Position numbers and translations under genes: made by a program. DNA of 64,000 bases from Candidatus Latescibacterota bacterium (GTDB lineage: Bacteria; Latescibacterota; UBA2968; SICM01). Below the pieces are notes generated by a model, which made no database searches, was not told the origin of the DNA, and worked only from the letters and a program-made list of their open reading frames with translations. This document shows positions 49,663-59,708 of this stretch, in pieces (the stretch's first letter is position 1; each line of letters begins with the position of its first letter). The stretch is from positions 5,696,001-5,760,000 of the forward strand of contig CBDCJO010000002.1 in assembly GCA_965217865.1 (NCBI GenBank), written 5' to 3'.

Positions 49663-50430
49663 ATGGGAAGGCTTGATGGCAAGGTAGCGGCGGTAACCGG
49701 TGGTGCATCGGGCATCGGCGAAGCCACGGTACGGCTCTTCGTGGAAGAGGGCGCAAGGGTGGCCTTTGCCGATCGCGATGGCACCCGCGGAACCCGTGTG
49801 GCGGAAGAGATCAAGGCGAGTGGGGGAGAAGCTTTATTTGTGGAGACCCACGTGGAGCGCGAAGCCGAGGCGATGGCCTTTATCCAGACTACGGTAGAGC
49901 ACTTTGGTCAGCTCGATATTCTGGTGAACAATGCCGCCATCCGTCTCTACCAAAGCGTGACTGAAGCCAGTGAGGAGAGCTGGGACACCATTTGGGGGGT
50001 GAACGTCAAAGGCTACGCCTTCTGCGCCAAAGCCGCCATTCCGGCTCTGCGTCGTGCGGGAAACGGGAGCATTGTCAACATAGCCTCTAACAATGCAGTT
50101 ATAGCGGGCGACAACACGGTACAGTACGATACCACAAAGGCAGCAGTCACAGGCTTGCCGCGTGGCATCGCCCGAGCTCACGCGGCCGACGGCATCCGGG
50201 CCAATGCGCTGTGTCCAGGACCGACCTTTACCACCTTTCACGAGCGCCGTGCCGCGGCGGCCGGGAAAACCCACGAGGAATTTAAGGAAGAATTTGGACG
50301 GCCCCTGATGCTCAAGCGGCCGGGAACACCACGGGAGATTGCCGCGGGTGTCCTGTTCCTGGCTTCTGACGACGCGTCATTCGTCACCGGCACGTGCCTG
50401 TTTGTGGATGGCGGTGAAACGGCCATGTGA
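49663..50430 (+). CDS. Short-chain dehydrogenase/reductase
   Basis: TGGASGIG, NNA, YDTTK, CPG, VDGG. Confidence 0.92.
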   Translation: MGRLDGKVAAVTGGASGIGEATVRLFVEEGARVAFADRDGTRGTRVAEEIKASGGEALFVETHVEREAEAMAFIQTTVEHFGQLDILVNNAAIRLYQSVTEASEESWDTIWGVNVKGYAFCAKAAIPALRRAGNGSIVNIASNNAVIAGDNTVQYDTTKAAVTGLPRGIARAHAADGIRANALCPGPTFTTFHERRAAAAGKTHEEFKEEFGRPLMLKRPGTPREIAAGVLFLASDDASFVTGTCLFVDGGETAM

Positions 50431-50491
50431 GGTCACCATCCCAGGGTAGACCAGCGGATTGCCGCAGATACCAGTGTTCATGCAAATCTGT

Positions 50492-51481
50492 TCAAATAGT
50501 CGCGGTCCTCAATAATTTCCAGACGTCGCTTGTCATGTTGTTCCCGGCAACGACCCACAGGGCGTCATCGTGTACGAACACGCTCGCGGCATGTCGCGGG
50601 GGCCAGGGCGTGTCGGGCAGTTCGTGCCATTCCACACCGTCGGCAGAATACCAGACATCGTTGCGGTTGTCCAAGGAAGGGTGTGTCTTGTTACATCCCT
50701 CCAGCACCCACATCTTGTCGTCGAAAACCGCCACCTCGTGATACTGCCGTGGATACCACGGAGCACTCTGCAGATGGCGATTCCAGTGAACACCGTCGGC
50801 TGAACTCCAGACGTCGTTGTAGAACCTCCGCTCCGGACTCTGCGGCGTGTCATACGTACCGCCCCCCAGGATCCACATCCTTTCCTTGAAAGCTACGCTC
50901 CCACCGATCATTCCGCGGCTGGGCCAGATGGGACGCTCAACATCCAATTTCTCCCATGTCAAGCCGTCCGGGCTGGACCACACGTCGTCGTAGAAGTATT
51001 CGCTTGCAGGCGCGAATTGCGGCATCGTCTGGCCGCCCATGACCCAGATGCGATCTTTGAAGGCCACAGTATAGTGAAGAGCACGCGGCCCCCACGGAGC
51101 GTCGCTCGTGACGCATTGCCAGTTCCTGCCGTCTTCTGAGGACCACACGTCGTTCTGGTAGTGCTTCTGTAACGGGTCTCCGCCGACAATCCACATGCGG
51201 TTCTTGAAAACCACGTATCCTGCCGTGTGCCGGCCTTCCCAGTCCCGGGTTGGGTCGAAGTCCGGCGCCGGGAACCCCTTCTCCAGGGTCCACGTGGCTC
51301 CATCCTCTGAACTCCACACTTCGTTGTTGCAGATGAGCGGGAAGTGGGTCTTGTCGCTCGGGTTCCATCCCCCAAGGAGCCACATCTTCCCCCTATGAAC
51401 AACGGCTCCTGCTCCGTCCCGAGGCGCGAACGCTGCGTTCCCGGTTATTCTGACCCATTCGTATGGCATTGTCGTCTTCAC
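50492..51481 (-). CDS. Kelch-like repeat beta-propeller protein
   Basis: Six repeats of W.PR..H....F...W..GG....NDVWSS.DG..W. Confidence 0.85.
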   Translation of the reverse strand: MKTTMPYEWVRITGNAAFAPRDGAGAVVHRGKMWLLGGWNPSDKTHFPLICNNEVWSSEDGATWTLEKGFPAPDFDPTRDWEGRHTAGYVVFKNRMWIVGGDPLQKHYQNDVWSSEDGRNWQCVTSDAPWGPRALHYTVAFKDRIWVMGGQTMPQFAPASEYFYDDVWSSPDGLTWEKLDVERPIWPSRGMIGGSVAFKERMWILGGGTYDTPQSPERRFYNDVWSSADGVHWNRHLQSAPWYPRQYHEVAVFDDKMWVLEGCNKTHPSLDNRNDVWYSADGVEWHELPDTPWPPRHAASVFVHDDALWVVAGNNMTSDVWKLLRTATI

Positions 51482-51628
51482 TCCCTATCTACCCCAGTCC
51501 CTGGCAGGCCAGGCCGCCAGCTTCCTGTTATCCTCCTTGTCTGGTCCAAAATCTCGCCCAGCACAAGATCACCGACGCTCCCTTGAGTCGATTCGCGGTT
51601 TGCCTGCATCGTAAACCAGATTTTCCCA

Positions 51629-53359
51629 TCAGGATCTGCTCGACGCCGGGACATAGTCGGCCGCAACCGATGCCTTCTGTTTTCCGCTCGGGACGGATAC
51701 GAAAGCCACGTTCTCGCCGTACCTGACCTCCTGCACCCCCGCGGCGGTCTCGCCGTCAACCCGGACCCCCTGCAGGGTCTTGTCCCCAAAAACCGCCGGG
51801 AGCGTCAAACAGAGATCGTCGTGGGATTCCTGCCCGGAAAGGGCGAACGCCAGTTCACTGCCGTCCCATTTCAGTCCGCCGATCCTCCAGGTATCGCGCG
51901 CATCCCAGAACACAGACCACTGGTCGAAGGACCAGATCGGCATCTCCCGCTCCGCTGCCTTGCGAAGCAGCGCCTGCCCCTGCTGCCGTGAGAACTTCAC
52001 CCAGGCGCCCGGATGGATGCACACCGCGTGGGGCACGTGGAAGCGGGTGACGATATCCGTGAAAATGCGATCGAGAATCACTTCGTACTGTGCCGCAGAA
52101 AGCTTGTAGGAATAGTCCACCGACTTGAACAGCACGTCGTCCATAGCGTGCGTGTGCTGCTGAACCACATCCAGAACCCGTCCGTCCTGACGGCAGAACC
52201 GCATCGGCACGGCCGCCCCAAACCCCGCATACGGCGCCCCAGTTCGGTCGCGCATATACGTGCCCGACGTGTAATTCACATCCATGCGGACGCCCAGCCG
52301 CTCCATCGCCTCCACGGGTTCCATATAACCCGCCCAGGCGTTACAGTGGTTACGCAACGTTCGCGTCCGCAGCCCGAACATCTCCTCGAACAGCCGGATC
52401 TGCCGCTCGAACTCCGCTATGCGCTCAGCCACGGTCCGGCCGTCCAGAGGCCGGATGTCCGGATGTGGCCCAACGTCGTGATGCCGGCGATACCGCTCGA
52501 CATCCGCGACGGTCGAATTCGTCCTGATCGGAATGATGTAGAGGTTCATCCGCCCGCCCGCGGCCTTCACACAGTCGAACTCCTCTTCGTTCCACGACAC
52601 CTGCGCGCCGTCCTCGTCCCCCGAGTACAGGAGGATACCCCGGGCTGTGCCGGGAAGATGTGACAGCAGCGGAACGGGCGCGGGCATGTGTCTTCTGACC
52701 AGGTCCACGAAGAGCCGGGACAGCAGGTCCGCATACGGAATCCAGGCTGCGTCGCTGGGCTCGATCTCAACCGCCAGGTGAGAGGGCCGTGCGCAGCGGT
52801 CTCCCGACGGAATGAACTCCCTGCGCTGCGGGTCCCCCTGGCGGAGCATCAGCACGCACATCGCCAGGTCGAAAGCGAAGGCGACGATCCGGCCCTTTCC
52901 CGTCCTGCCTTCGACAATCCCCGGGCTCTCTCCCTCGTAACGTCCCGGGTGAGAGAGATAGGCCAGTACCCGGGCCTCCGCCCCGTGTGCATAGGTTCCG
53001 GCGTTTCCCACCACCGGCAGCAGCTCCCCGGCGAGACCCGCCGCCGGGTATGCCGTGATCCGCAGCCGGAGCGGAACCTCCTTCTCCCCGCTGAGTGTCA
53101 GCCCCGCAGCGGCGGCCAGCTTGCCATCCGGCAGAAAGCAGATGACCGTGCCCCCGCGGTGCGCGTAATCGAGAATGGACTCCGCACTCCCGTACACGCC
53201 GGCCGGGCAGACCAGCACCGGCACAACCCCGGGGTCCATGTGCGGGAGATCATCGCCCTGCACGACATCATAAATTGGCAATCCCCACGCTTTCAGCATC
53301 TCCGCCAGGTAAGCGGACATATCCGGGGGATCCGTCAGAATAGCAGCCCGTATCGTCAT
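51629..53359 (-). CDS. Hypothetical protein: GATase-like trimerisation-type domain plus polysaccharide-deacetylase-like domain
   Basis: GG.V; GKGRIVAFAFDL; SGDED, GPHPD, RNH, D.NY, HP; ATGA overlap with the upstream gene. Confidence 0.6.
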   Translation of the reverse strand: MTIRAAILTDPPDMSAYLAEMLKAWGLPIYDVVQGDDLPHMDPGVVPVLVCPAGVYGSAESILDYAHRGGTVICFLPDGKLAAAAGLTLSGEKEVPLRLRITAYPAAGLAGELLPVVGNAGTYAHGAEARVLAYLSHPGRYEGESPGIVEGRTGKGRIVAFAFDLAMCVLMLRQGDPQRREFIPSGDRCARPSHLAVEIEPSDAAWIPYADLLSRLFVDLVRRHMPAPVPLLSHLPGTARGILLYSGDEDGAQVSWNEEEFDCVKAAGGRMNLYIIPIRTNSTVADVERYRRHHDVGPHPDIRPLDGRTVAERIAEFERQIRLFEEMFGLRTRTLRNHCNAWAGYMEPVEAMERLGVRMDVNYTSGTYMRDRTGAPYAGFGAAVPMRFCRQDGRVLDVVQQHTHAMDDVLFKSVDYSYKLSAAQYEVILDRIFTDIVTRFHVPHAVCIHPGAWVKFSRQQGQALLRKAAEREMPIWSFDQWSVFWDARDTWRIGGLKWDGSELAFALSGQESHDDLCLTLPAVFGDKTLQGVRVDGETAAGVQEVRYGENVAFVSVPSGKQKASVAADYVPASSRS

Positions 53360-54537
53360 GAACCTCCCGGCATCTTTCCCGCCGGTCGCGTGTCGCCTGG
53401 GCGGAAATTCGGCACTTGCAAAAGGCGGCTGCCCTGATCGATGGAGTCCGCAGCCAGGATCGCCGGGGCCGCCGTCTCGATCGCCCCGTACACGTCCCAT
53501 TCCAGGGGCCGGACTCCCAGCAGGGCATCCCGGAAGGCCGCGTGGTTATAGTAGTCCGAATCTTGGTGCCCGCTGCCGCGGGCCTCGGACGGCGCGTCCA
53601 CGGGCTGCCTCCGCCAGTCCACCTCCGCCACGTCGTGCATCTGGGCGTTGGCCAGCCACATCTTCGGCCGTTCCCATCCTGACCGCTTCCACTCGACGCA
53701 CCCCCGCGTCCCCATCACCTGGTACCAGTGGTGCCCCCCGGATCCCCGGTGCGGCACCATCTGGGTGAAGCTGACCGCCATGCGCAGTATGGCGTCCTTC
53801 TCCGTCTTCATCAGCGCCACCTGGATGTCCGGCTGGTCGATCTCCGGATGGGAGTAGCTCGGGCGAGACGTACTCATCGCGGTCACTTCCACCACGCGAT
53901 CGTCCAGCACCTTGAGCATCGGGCTGAGTTCGTGCGGGAGGTAGTGGATCGGCGGCATCTCCTGAAACCACGTCGGCCGGGCCTCCGGATGCTCGGCAAG
54001 CTCCTCCACGGGGAAGAACCGGCCGGTCGCCGGGTCCTGGGATAACTGGTGTGTGCCGTAGTAGCCGAAGTACTGCCCCTCGCAGAACGTCACGCGACCA
54101 AGCTGTCCCCCCACCACAAGGTCCCGCCAGGGCTGCACGAACCCGTGGTAACGCGTCTGCTCGGCGAGGTTGTAGACCAACCCGGACCGCTCCTGGGCAA
54201 GCACGATCCGCCAGCAATCATCCATCGTGTGCGCCGCAGGCACCTCGGAGTTCACGTGCTTCCCCGCCTCCAGCGCCTGCGCGGCCAGCGCTCCCTGCTC
54301 CCTGCACCGCACGGTCACCGCTACCGCATCAACGTTCGGGTCCGCGAGCATATCTTCGTACCTGGCGTAGGCCCTCACCTCACTCGGACTTTCGAGCACC
54401 GCGAGCCCCTTCTCGTGAAGCGCCACGATAGGATCGCACACCGCACGGATGCGGTACCCCTTCACCCGCTGGAGCAGCCTCAGCCAGCCGAGCCCCCGGT
54501 GTCCCAGTCCGACAAGACCGATTCGGATTTCATCCAT
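53356..54537 (-). CDS. Gfo/Idh/MocA family oxidoreductase
   Basis: IGLVGLG.RG, AVCD, DAV, GKHV.SEVPAA, SGH. Confidence 0.9.
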   Translation of the reverse strand: MDEIRIGLVGLGHRGLGWLRLLQRVKGYRIRAVCDPIVALHEKGLAVLESPSEVRAYARYEDMLADPNVDAVAVTVRCREQGALAAQALEAGKHVNSEVPAAHTMDDCWRIVLAQERSGLVYNLAEQTRYHGFVQPWRDLVVGGQLGRVTFCEGQYFGYYGTHQLSQDPATGRFFPVEELAEHPEARPTWFQEMPPIHYLPHELSPMLKVLDDRVVEVTAMSTSRPSYSHPEIDQPDIQVALMKTEKDAILRMAVSFTQMVPHRGSGGHHWYQVMGTRGCVEWKRSGWERPKMWLANAQMHDVAEVDWRRQPVDAPSEARGSGHQDSDYYNHAAFRDALLGVRPLEWDVYGAIETAAPAILAADSIDQGSRLLQVPNFRPGDTRPAGKMPGGS

Positions 54538-54713
54538 CGCCTTACTCCTTTCACCCCTCACTCGGAGGATAGCCCTCACCTATATCACGCGATTTCCACT
54601 TGCCCAAAGGAGGCATCCACAGCAACAGGCTCCCGCCGTACCCGCTCTGCGTCGGCCTGCTTGACGTCGTTCCGAGGGTTCTCCGCAGAAATTCCCCCAC
54701 GTGTATTTATTCT

Positions 54714-55853
54714 CTATGGGATTATCTCCCACAGGTAGCTACTGCGGTAGGGATTGTCGTTCTCCCCGGCGTAGATCGTGCCGTCGGGCGCGATGGACAC
54801 GTCGTGGACTTGCCAGCAGGCGGCATCCCCGTCTACCACCGGCCCCAGCAGCTCGTACGTCTCCTTCTCGACATCGAATCGGATCACCTCGCACTGGCCG
54901 TCCCGCCCGGTGACCCCGTATGCCGCGCCGTCTGGCGCAATCTGCAGCTTCGTCAACCGGCTGCGTCGGTCTGCGATTGGCGTTCCCAGGTACGTGCCCA
55001 TCCCCGTCTCAATGTCGATCCGGTAGATCGACCCGTTCCCTCCGCTGGCGTAGAGCTTTCCGTTTCCAAGGTTGAAGATTCCCTCGACCTGTGTGTACCC
55101 GTAGCTTCCGTCCGGGTTCGGCAGCCCTGCATCGAAGTACCGGATCGCGTCCGCTTTCGGATCGAACTTGCAGAGCCGGCAGGTGTCTACACCCGACGTA
55201 TTCTGCCACCCCCGCGTCACATTCCAGCCGCACCACACACAGTCTTCGTCGTCCAGTTCCAGGTTCTCACCCTGCGCGCCCGACCCGCTGCTGATCGGCC
55301 CCAGGTCGTCCGCCCGGCCGTCCGCCAGATTGAACCGGAATATCCGCTCCGGGGTAGACGTCATCCCGTAGATCACGTCCCGCTCCTGGTCCAGGCAGAT
55401 GGACTGGATGTAGCTGTGCGGCAGGGGAATGCCGACCTTACGGAGGTCGCCGGTTTTTGGATCGTAGCGCACGATCGCGCCGCCCGGCGCCTCCCAGTAC
55501 CGGTCCACATCGTGCAGCTGCGCGACGGCTCCGTACAGGCATCCGTCCTTCTCCCACTTCACGAGCGACCGGTGAAACTTCGCGTCATACGGATCGGCGA
55601 TCCGGGCGTAGTTCAGATCCACGAACGTGCCGATATTCCGATCATACGCCCGGAAGATGTCCGCGTCGAACAACGTCATCCCCAGGTATACTCGGTCGTC
55701 GTCCCCGTGGTAGAACACGCTGTCCATGCTGATCCAGCCTGTGCGCCACGAGGCATCGGCCATGAAATCGTTGTACTCCCAGCGGTCCTCGATCTCGTCG
55801 GCCCATTGGTTGCCGTAGTTCACGTCCTGCAGTTTCAACGCCTTCACCAGCAT
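54714..55853 (-). CDS. Hypothetical beta-propeller protein
   Basis: Repeated YG...I.R(Y/F)D..(T)G...LG blades; DG..YAGE.D. Confidence 0.7.
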   Translation of the reverse strand: MLVKALKLQDVNYGNQWADEIEDRWEYNDFMADASWRTGWISMDSVFYHGDDDRVYLGMTLFDADIFRAYDRNIGTFVDLNYARIADPYDAKFHRSLVKWEKDGCLYGAVAQLHDVDRYWEAPGGAIVRYDPKTGDLRKVGIPLPHSYIQSICLDQERDVIYGMTSTPERIFRFNLADGRADDLGPISSGSGAQGENLELDDEDCVWCGWNVTRGWQNTSGVDTCRLCKFDPKADAIRYFDAGLPNPDGSYGYTQVEGIFNLGNGKLYASGGNGSIYRIDIETGMGTYLGTPIADRRSRLTKLQIAPDGAAYGVTGRDGQCEVIRFDVEKETYELLGPVVDGDAACWQVHDVSIAPDGTIYAGENDNPYRSSYLWEIIP

Positions 55854-55870
55854 CCTACTCCCCTTTCTTC

Positions 55871-55916
55871 TAAAAAAAGGACTTTGCATGGAAATGCTAA
55901 GTCCTTATTTTTTATT
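55871..55916. repeat. ~45-bp direct repeat / terminator hairpin, copy of 63551-63595
   Basis: TAAAAAAAGGACTTTGCATGGAAATGCTAAGTCCTTATTTTTTATT. Confidence 0.85.
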
Positions 55917-56031
55917 ATCGGTAATACGGTTCACACCAAATGAAAAATGGCTATATCGACTTCCGCCCCCTCCGGCAAGCAGATTCAAGCCGGTTCGTTT
56001 TCGACATTGACCTTTTGCGCGATTCGGCCGA

Positions 56032-56060
56032 AATATATCTCTCAAAACGGTTGGAGTCAA
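56032..56060 (-). promoter_or_regulatory. sigma70-type promoter
   Basis: Minus strand TTGACT-N17-TATATT. Confidence 0.6.
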
Positions 56061-56354
56061 ACACTTTGGGGCCGTAACGCCGGTCGTCATGTTCTCGAGG
56101 AGCTTGCCATGACCACCAGTCCGATCTTATCGGGCCAGTCATTCAGCGAAGAAAAACCCCAGGGGACCACAATCAATTCCGATTGTCGGTGATATTTTCA
56201 ATCCTTCATTTGATCCTACGGATGAAAATCGTATCCTCAGCGAAGAAGCTGCTCAAGGAATAATAATTCTTAATGGGAGGAAGTATGATCCGGTTGACAA
56301 GGACTCAACATTTGAAGACTGGCTGGACAGCTCTGAACAGGGAGGAAAAGCATA

Positions 56355-57752
56355 ATGCGTCTCTATCTGATAAATCCTTTTAATCCGTTGGTGAGCCTGA
56401 CCAAGGTAACCGAAAGTCGTTGGAATCAGTACACCGGGTCTGGAAGCCGCTGAGCCTGCTGGTTCTGGGTGGCCTGACCCCGCCTGAATGGGATGTTACC
56501 GTGGTCGACGAAAACCTTGGGGTACCTGACTATACCACCATGCCGCCACCCGATCTGGTGGGCATCACCGCCTTCACGTCCCAGGCGACCCGCGCCTACG
56601 AGGTGGCCGCGGCATTCCGGGGCCTCGGCGTTCCGGTCGTGATGGGTGGGATCCATGCGACCATGTGCTTGGAGGAGGCCAGGACGCGGGTCGATGCGGT
56701 CGTGACCGGGGAAGCCGAGAGCGTCTGGGCGCAGGTGTTAGAGGACGCCCGCCAGGGCCGCTTGCAACCGGTCTACACCGGCATTCGCCTGGACATGGAC
56801 CAGATCCCGGTAGCCCGCCATGATCTGCTCCCGAGCGGTTATTACTTTGGGTCGATCCAGATTACCCGGGGCTGTCCGCTCAACTGCAGCTTCTGACGGC
56901 GGCCTGTTTCGACACCGTCCCATTGAGCACGTCATAGAGGAGTTCAAGCTGATCCGGGAGAAAAATGTGCTGGTCGTGGACGACAACCTGATCGGGACCC
57001 GAAAGGACCATATTGCCTATACCAAAGAGCTGTTTCGGGCTATGATCGAGGCCAAAGTCGACAAAAAGTGGATTGCCCAGGTAACGATCAACTTGGCCGA
57101 CGATGAAGAGCTGCTCAGCCTGGCTAAGCAAGCGGGCTGCTCCGGGGTCTTTATCGGCTTCGAATCGGCGAGTGCAGAGGGGTTGGCCGAGGTCCACAAA
57201 AAATTCAACATCCGTAAAGGCCGGGACCTCAAGGCGTCGGTCCGGGCCATACAGCGTCAGGGTATTATGGTGTGCGGGTCATTTATCATGGGCTTGGACA
57301 CGGATAAAAAGGGCATCGGCCAGATCATCGCCGAGACCGCTAACCACTACGGCCTGGACATCCTCAACGTGATGTTTTTGACGCCGCTGCCTGGCACCCA
57401 GCTCTGGCACACGATGCATGCGGATAGCCGGATCCTCGCCAATAACTTCCCTGCGGACTGGCAATACTACACCCTTACCTTTCCGGTCGCCCGATACAAA
57501 AACCTGTCCTGGAAGGACGTCCTGGACGAGAACGAAGCCTGCTCGCGCTCTTTTTTCTCGTATCCCCACATCATGAGTCGGGTGCTCAGAAACTTGTGGC
57601 AGGGCAGCCATCCGATCATTGCCCTGGTGAGTAATCTCTCCTATAGGAGTAATGCGATTAAGTTCTACCGTGAAAAATTCCAGGGCATGAACCTGGACCA
57701 GGGCGAAGCCCAAACAGCGTCAACACGGTTTTGGGTGAGAGATACAGGATAG
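56355..57752 (+). pseudogene. B12-binding radical SAM protein, two frameshifts
   Basis: MRLYLINP...; PL.L..L; DLVGIT; GGIHAT; GEAE; RGCPLNCSF (third Cys lost); DDN; IGFES; LTPLPGT. Confidence 0.85.
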
Positions 57753-58065
57753 CCCTTCTTCCGGCCGCGCCTAATATCTATTTCTTTTAGTAACCGACAT
57801 TGAGCAGATTCATGTTGGAGAATTTTGAGATATTTGATACACCGATATGCCAAACGGTCACCCGGGTCAAGTTTGCATAATATCAGTTACTTCAGAGTGA
57901 GTTCCGCAATCGAGAAGGTGGACCTATCGAGATTTCAATATGTGAAAGAGATCGTGATGGGAGCTACCAATCCTTCGGAGACTCGGAAAAGGTGGCAGTA
58001 CGCGCGAGTTCATCCAGTCGGTTGATCGCGTTAGTTAAATCCTCGGATCTAGCACTTTGGAGGTC

Positions 58066-58150
58066 CGGAATATTTTCGGTGATCGGCGCGCGTTCTCTGG
58101 GTGCTTATCTGTGGGATACAATGATGGAGGCCGGGCAGGAGTGGGACGGT
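58066..58150 (+). pseudogene. Possible C-terminal remnant of a sarcosine oxidase gamma / GcvT-like gene
   Basis: F.V...RS.G.YLWD.MMEAG.E. Confidence 0.4.
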
Positions 58151-58210
58151 TCCGATCGGCCGGGCCGCGTTACGCGCACTAAGAGAAGATTGACATAGAG
58201 GGAGGAGATT

Positions 58211-59695
58211 ATGGCGAACAGCAATGGTCCCACAGATCTGGAAGCGTACGTGCAGGCGGACGGCCGAGACGCACTCGTGAAGGAGGTTCGCGCCAAGATT
58301 GATGCCCTGGGGATCACCTATATCTACTACCAGTTCATCTCGGTGACGGGACGGGTGGTGGGGAAGGGGATTCCGGCCGATCACTGGGAGCGGATCGCCG
58401 GGAGCGGCTTCCAGCTGGTCTATGGGGCAACGGCCAATCTGTTTATGGACCGTCATAACAATTATATCGGGTATGGCCCGGAGGCCGCCGAGCTGGTGGG
58501 TATTCCGGACCCCGAGACCTTTGTTCAATTGCCCTGGGACCAGCGGGTGGGGCGGGTTTTCTGCACCCTGTTCCGAAACCGGGAGGAGGAGGAGGCGCCC
58601 GGAGGGTTTCTGACGGCGGATTGCCGGGGCAACCTGCGGCGGCTCCACGCGCAGTTTCAGACGGACCACGATGGGCTGCACATGCGACACGGCGCCGAGC
58701 CGGAGATGATGTGGCTGCATAAAGGTCCGGACGGCAAGCCGGCGGAAGGGTTCAGCAAACCGTATTGCTACCACATCGACCAGTTCGAATCCCTCCGGCC
58801 GGTGGTGATGAAGGTGATCGAGTACGGCAAGGCGATGGGGCTGGATATGATCCAGGGGGACCACGAGGACGCTCCGGGGCAGCTGGAGTTGAATTTCACC
58901 TTCGACGAAGCGCTGCGCACCTGCGACCGGCTGACGACCTACCGCCAGATTTGCGCGCAGGTGGCGCGCGAGCACGATCTGATCGCCTGTTTTATGTGCA
59001 AGCCTTTTATGGGCGTGTCGGCCTCGGGCTGCCACCATAACCTCTCGCTGTGGCGGGAAGGTGAGGATGCGGTCAAGCCGCTGGGCAACGATGAACTCCC
59101 GGGGATGGCAGGGGCCTTTGTCCACCGGGAGGGGGGCGAGAATACTTTCGCGCCCCTGCCCGGAGAGCGGCAGCCCGCGCCGACCGGGCTGCACTGCATC
59201 GGAGGCGTTATAGAACACCTGCCCGCGCTGACGGCGATCGGGTGTTCCACGGTCAATTCCTACCGACGGCTCTGGGAGACCGGATTCTGGGCGCCGGTCT
59301 ATACCGACTGGGGCTATCAGAACCGGACCTGCGGGCTGCGCGTGTCCGGTCCCGGGCGGCTTGAGTACCGCGCCGTTGACGCGATGGTGAACCCCTACCT
59401 GATGGCCGGGGCGCTGTTGAAGGCCTTCGACGATGGGATCCGGCGGGAGCTGGACCCGGGCGAGCCGGAGCAGCGGAATATTTACGAGGCGATTGAAGAG
59501 GGGAAAGAGGTTACGATGCTGCCGCTGTCGCTGGGGGAGGCGCTGGACAGGCTGGAAGAAGACGAGGTGATTAAGTCTGCGCTGCCCGGCGAGATGCACG
59601 ATGTGTACATGCACTACAAGCGGGACGAGTGGGAGCGTTTTCTGGGCACGGTGACGGATTGGGACGTGGAGACGTACTGGGATTGTTTGCCATAG
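58211..59695 (+). CDS. gmaS: Glutamine-synthetase-like gamma-glutamylmethylamide synthetase
   Basis: GS fold (EPE, DHED.PGQ.E, KPF..SASG.H.N.SLW, NSYRRL, NRT..LR, EYR) directly upstream of mgsABC-like genes. Confidence 0.8.
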   Translation: MANSNGPTDLEAYVQADGRDALVKEVRAKIDALGITYIYYQFISVTGRVVGKGIPADHWERIAGSGFQLVYGATANLFMDRHNNYIGYGPEAAELVGIPDPETFVQLPWDQRVGRVFCTLFRNREEEEAPGGFLTADCRGNLRRLHAQFQTDHDGLHMRHGAEPEMMWLHKGPDGKPAEGFSKPYCYHIDQFESLRPVVMKVIEYGKAMGLDMIQGDHEDAPGQLELNFTFDEALRTCDRLTTYRQICAQVAREHDLIACFMCKPFMGVSASGCHHNLSLWREGEDAVKPLGNDELPGMAGAFVHREGGENTFAPLPGERQPAPTGLHCIGGVIEHLPALTAIGCSTVNSYRRLWETGFWAPVYTDWGYQNRTCGLRVSGPGRLEYRAVDAMVNPYLMAGALLKAFDDGIRRELDPGEPEQRNIYEAIEEGKEVTMLPLSLGEALDRLEEDEVIKSALPGEMHDVYMHYKRDEWERFLGTVTDWDVETYWDCLP

Positions 59696-59708
59696 GAGCG
59701 AGACGACC

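Noticed and set aside
53341-53351. TAGCAGCCCGT matching the IS terminus
   Set aside because: An 11-bp match inside an intact CDS with no partner end; likely chance.
56894-56896. TGA exactly at the third Cys of the radical SAM CxxxCxxC motif, suggesting selenocysteine
   Set aside because: The frame after the TGA closes within 10 codons and the conserved continuation (GGLFRHRP) is in another frame, so this is a deletion, not recoding.
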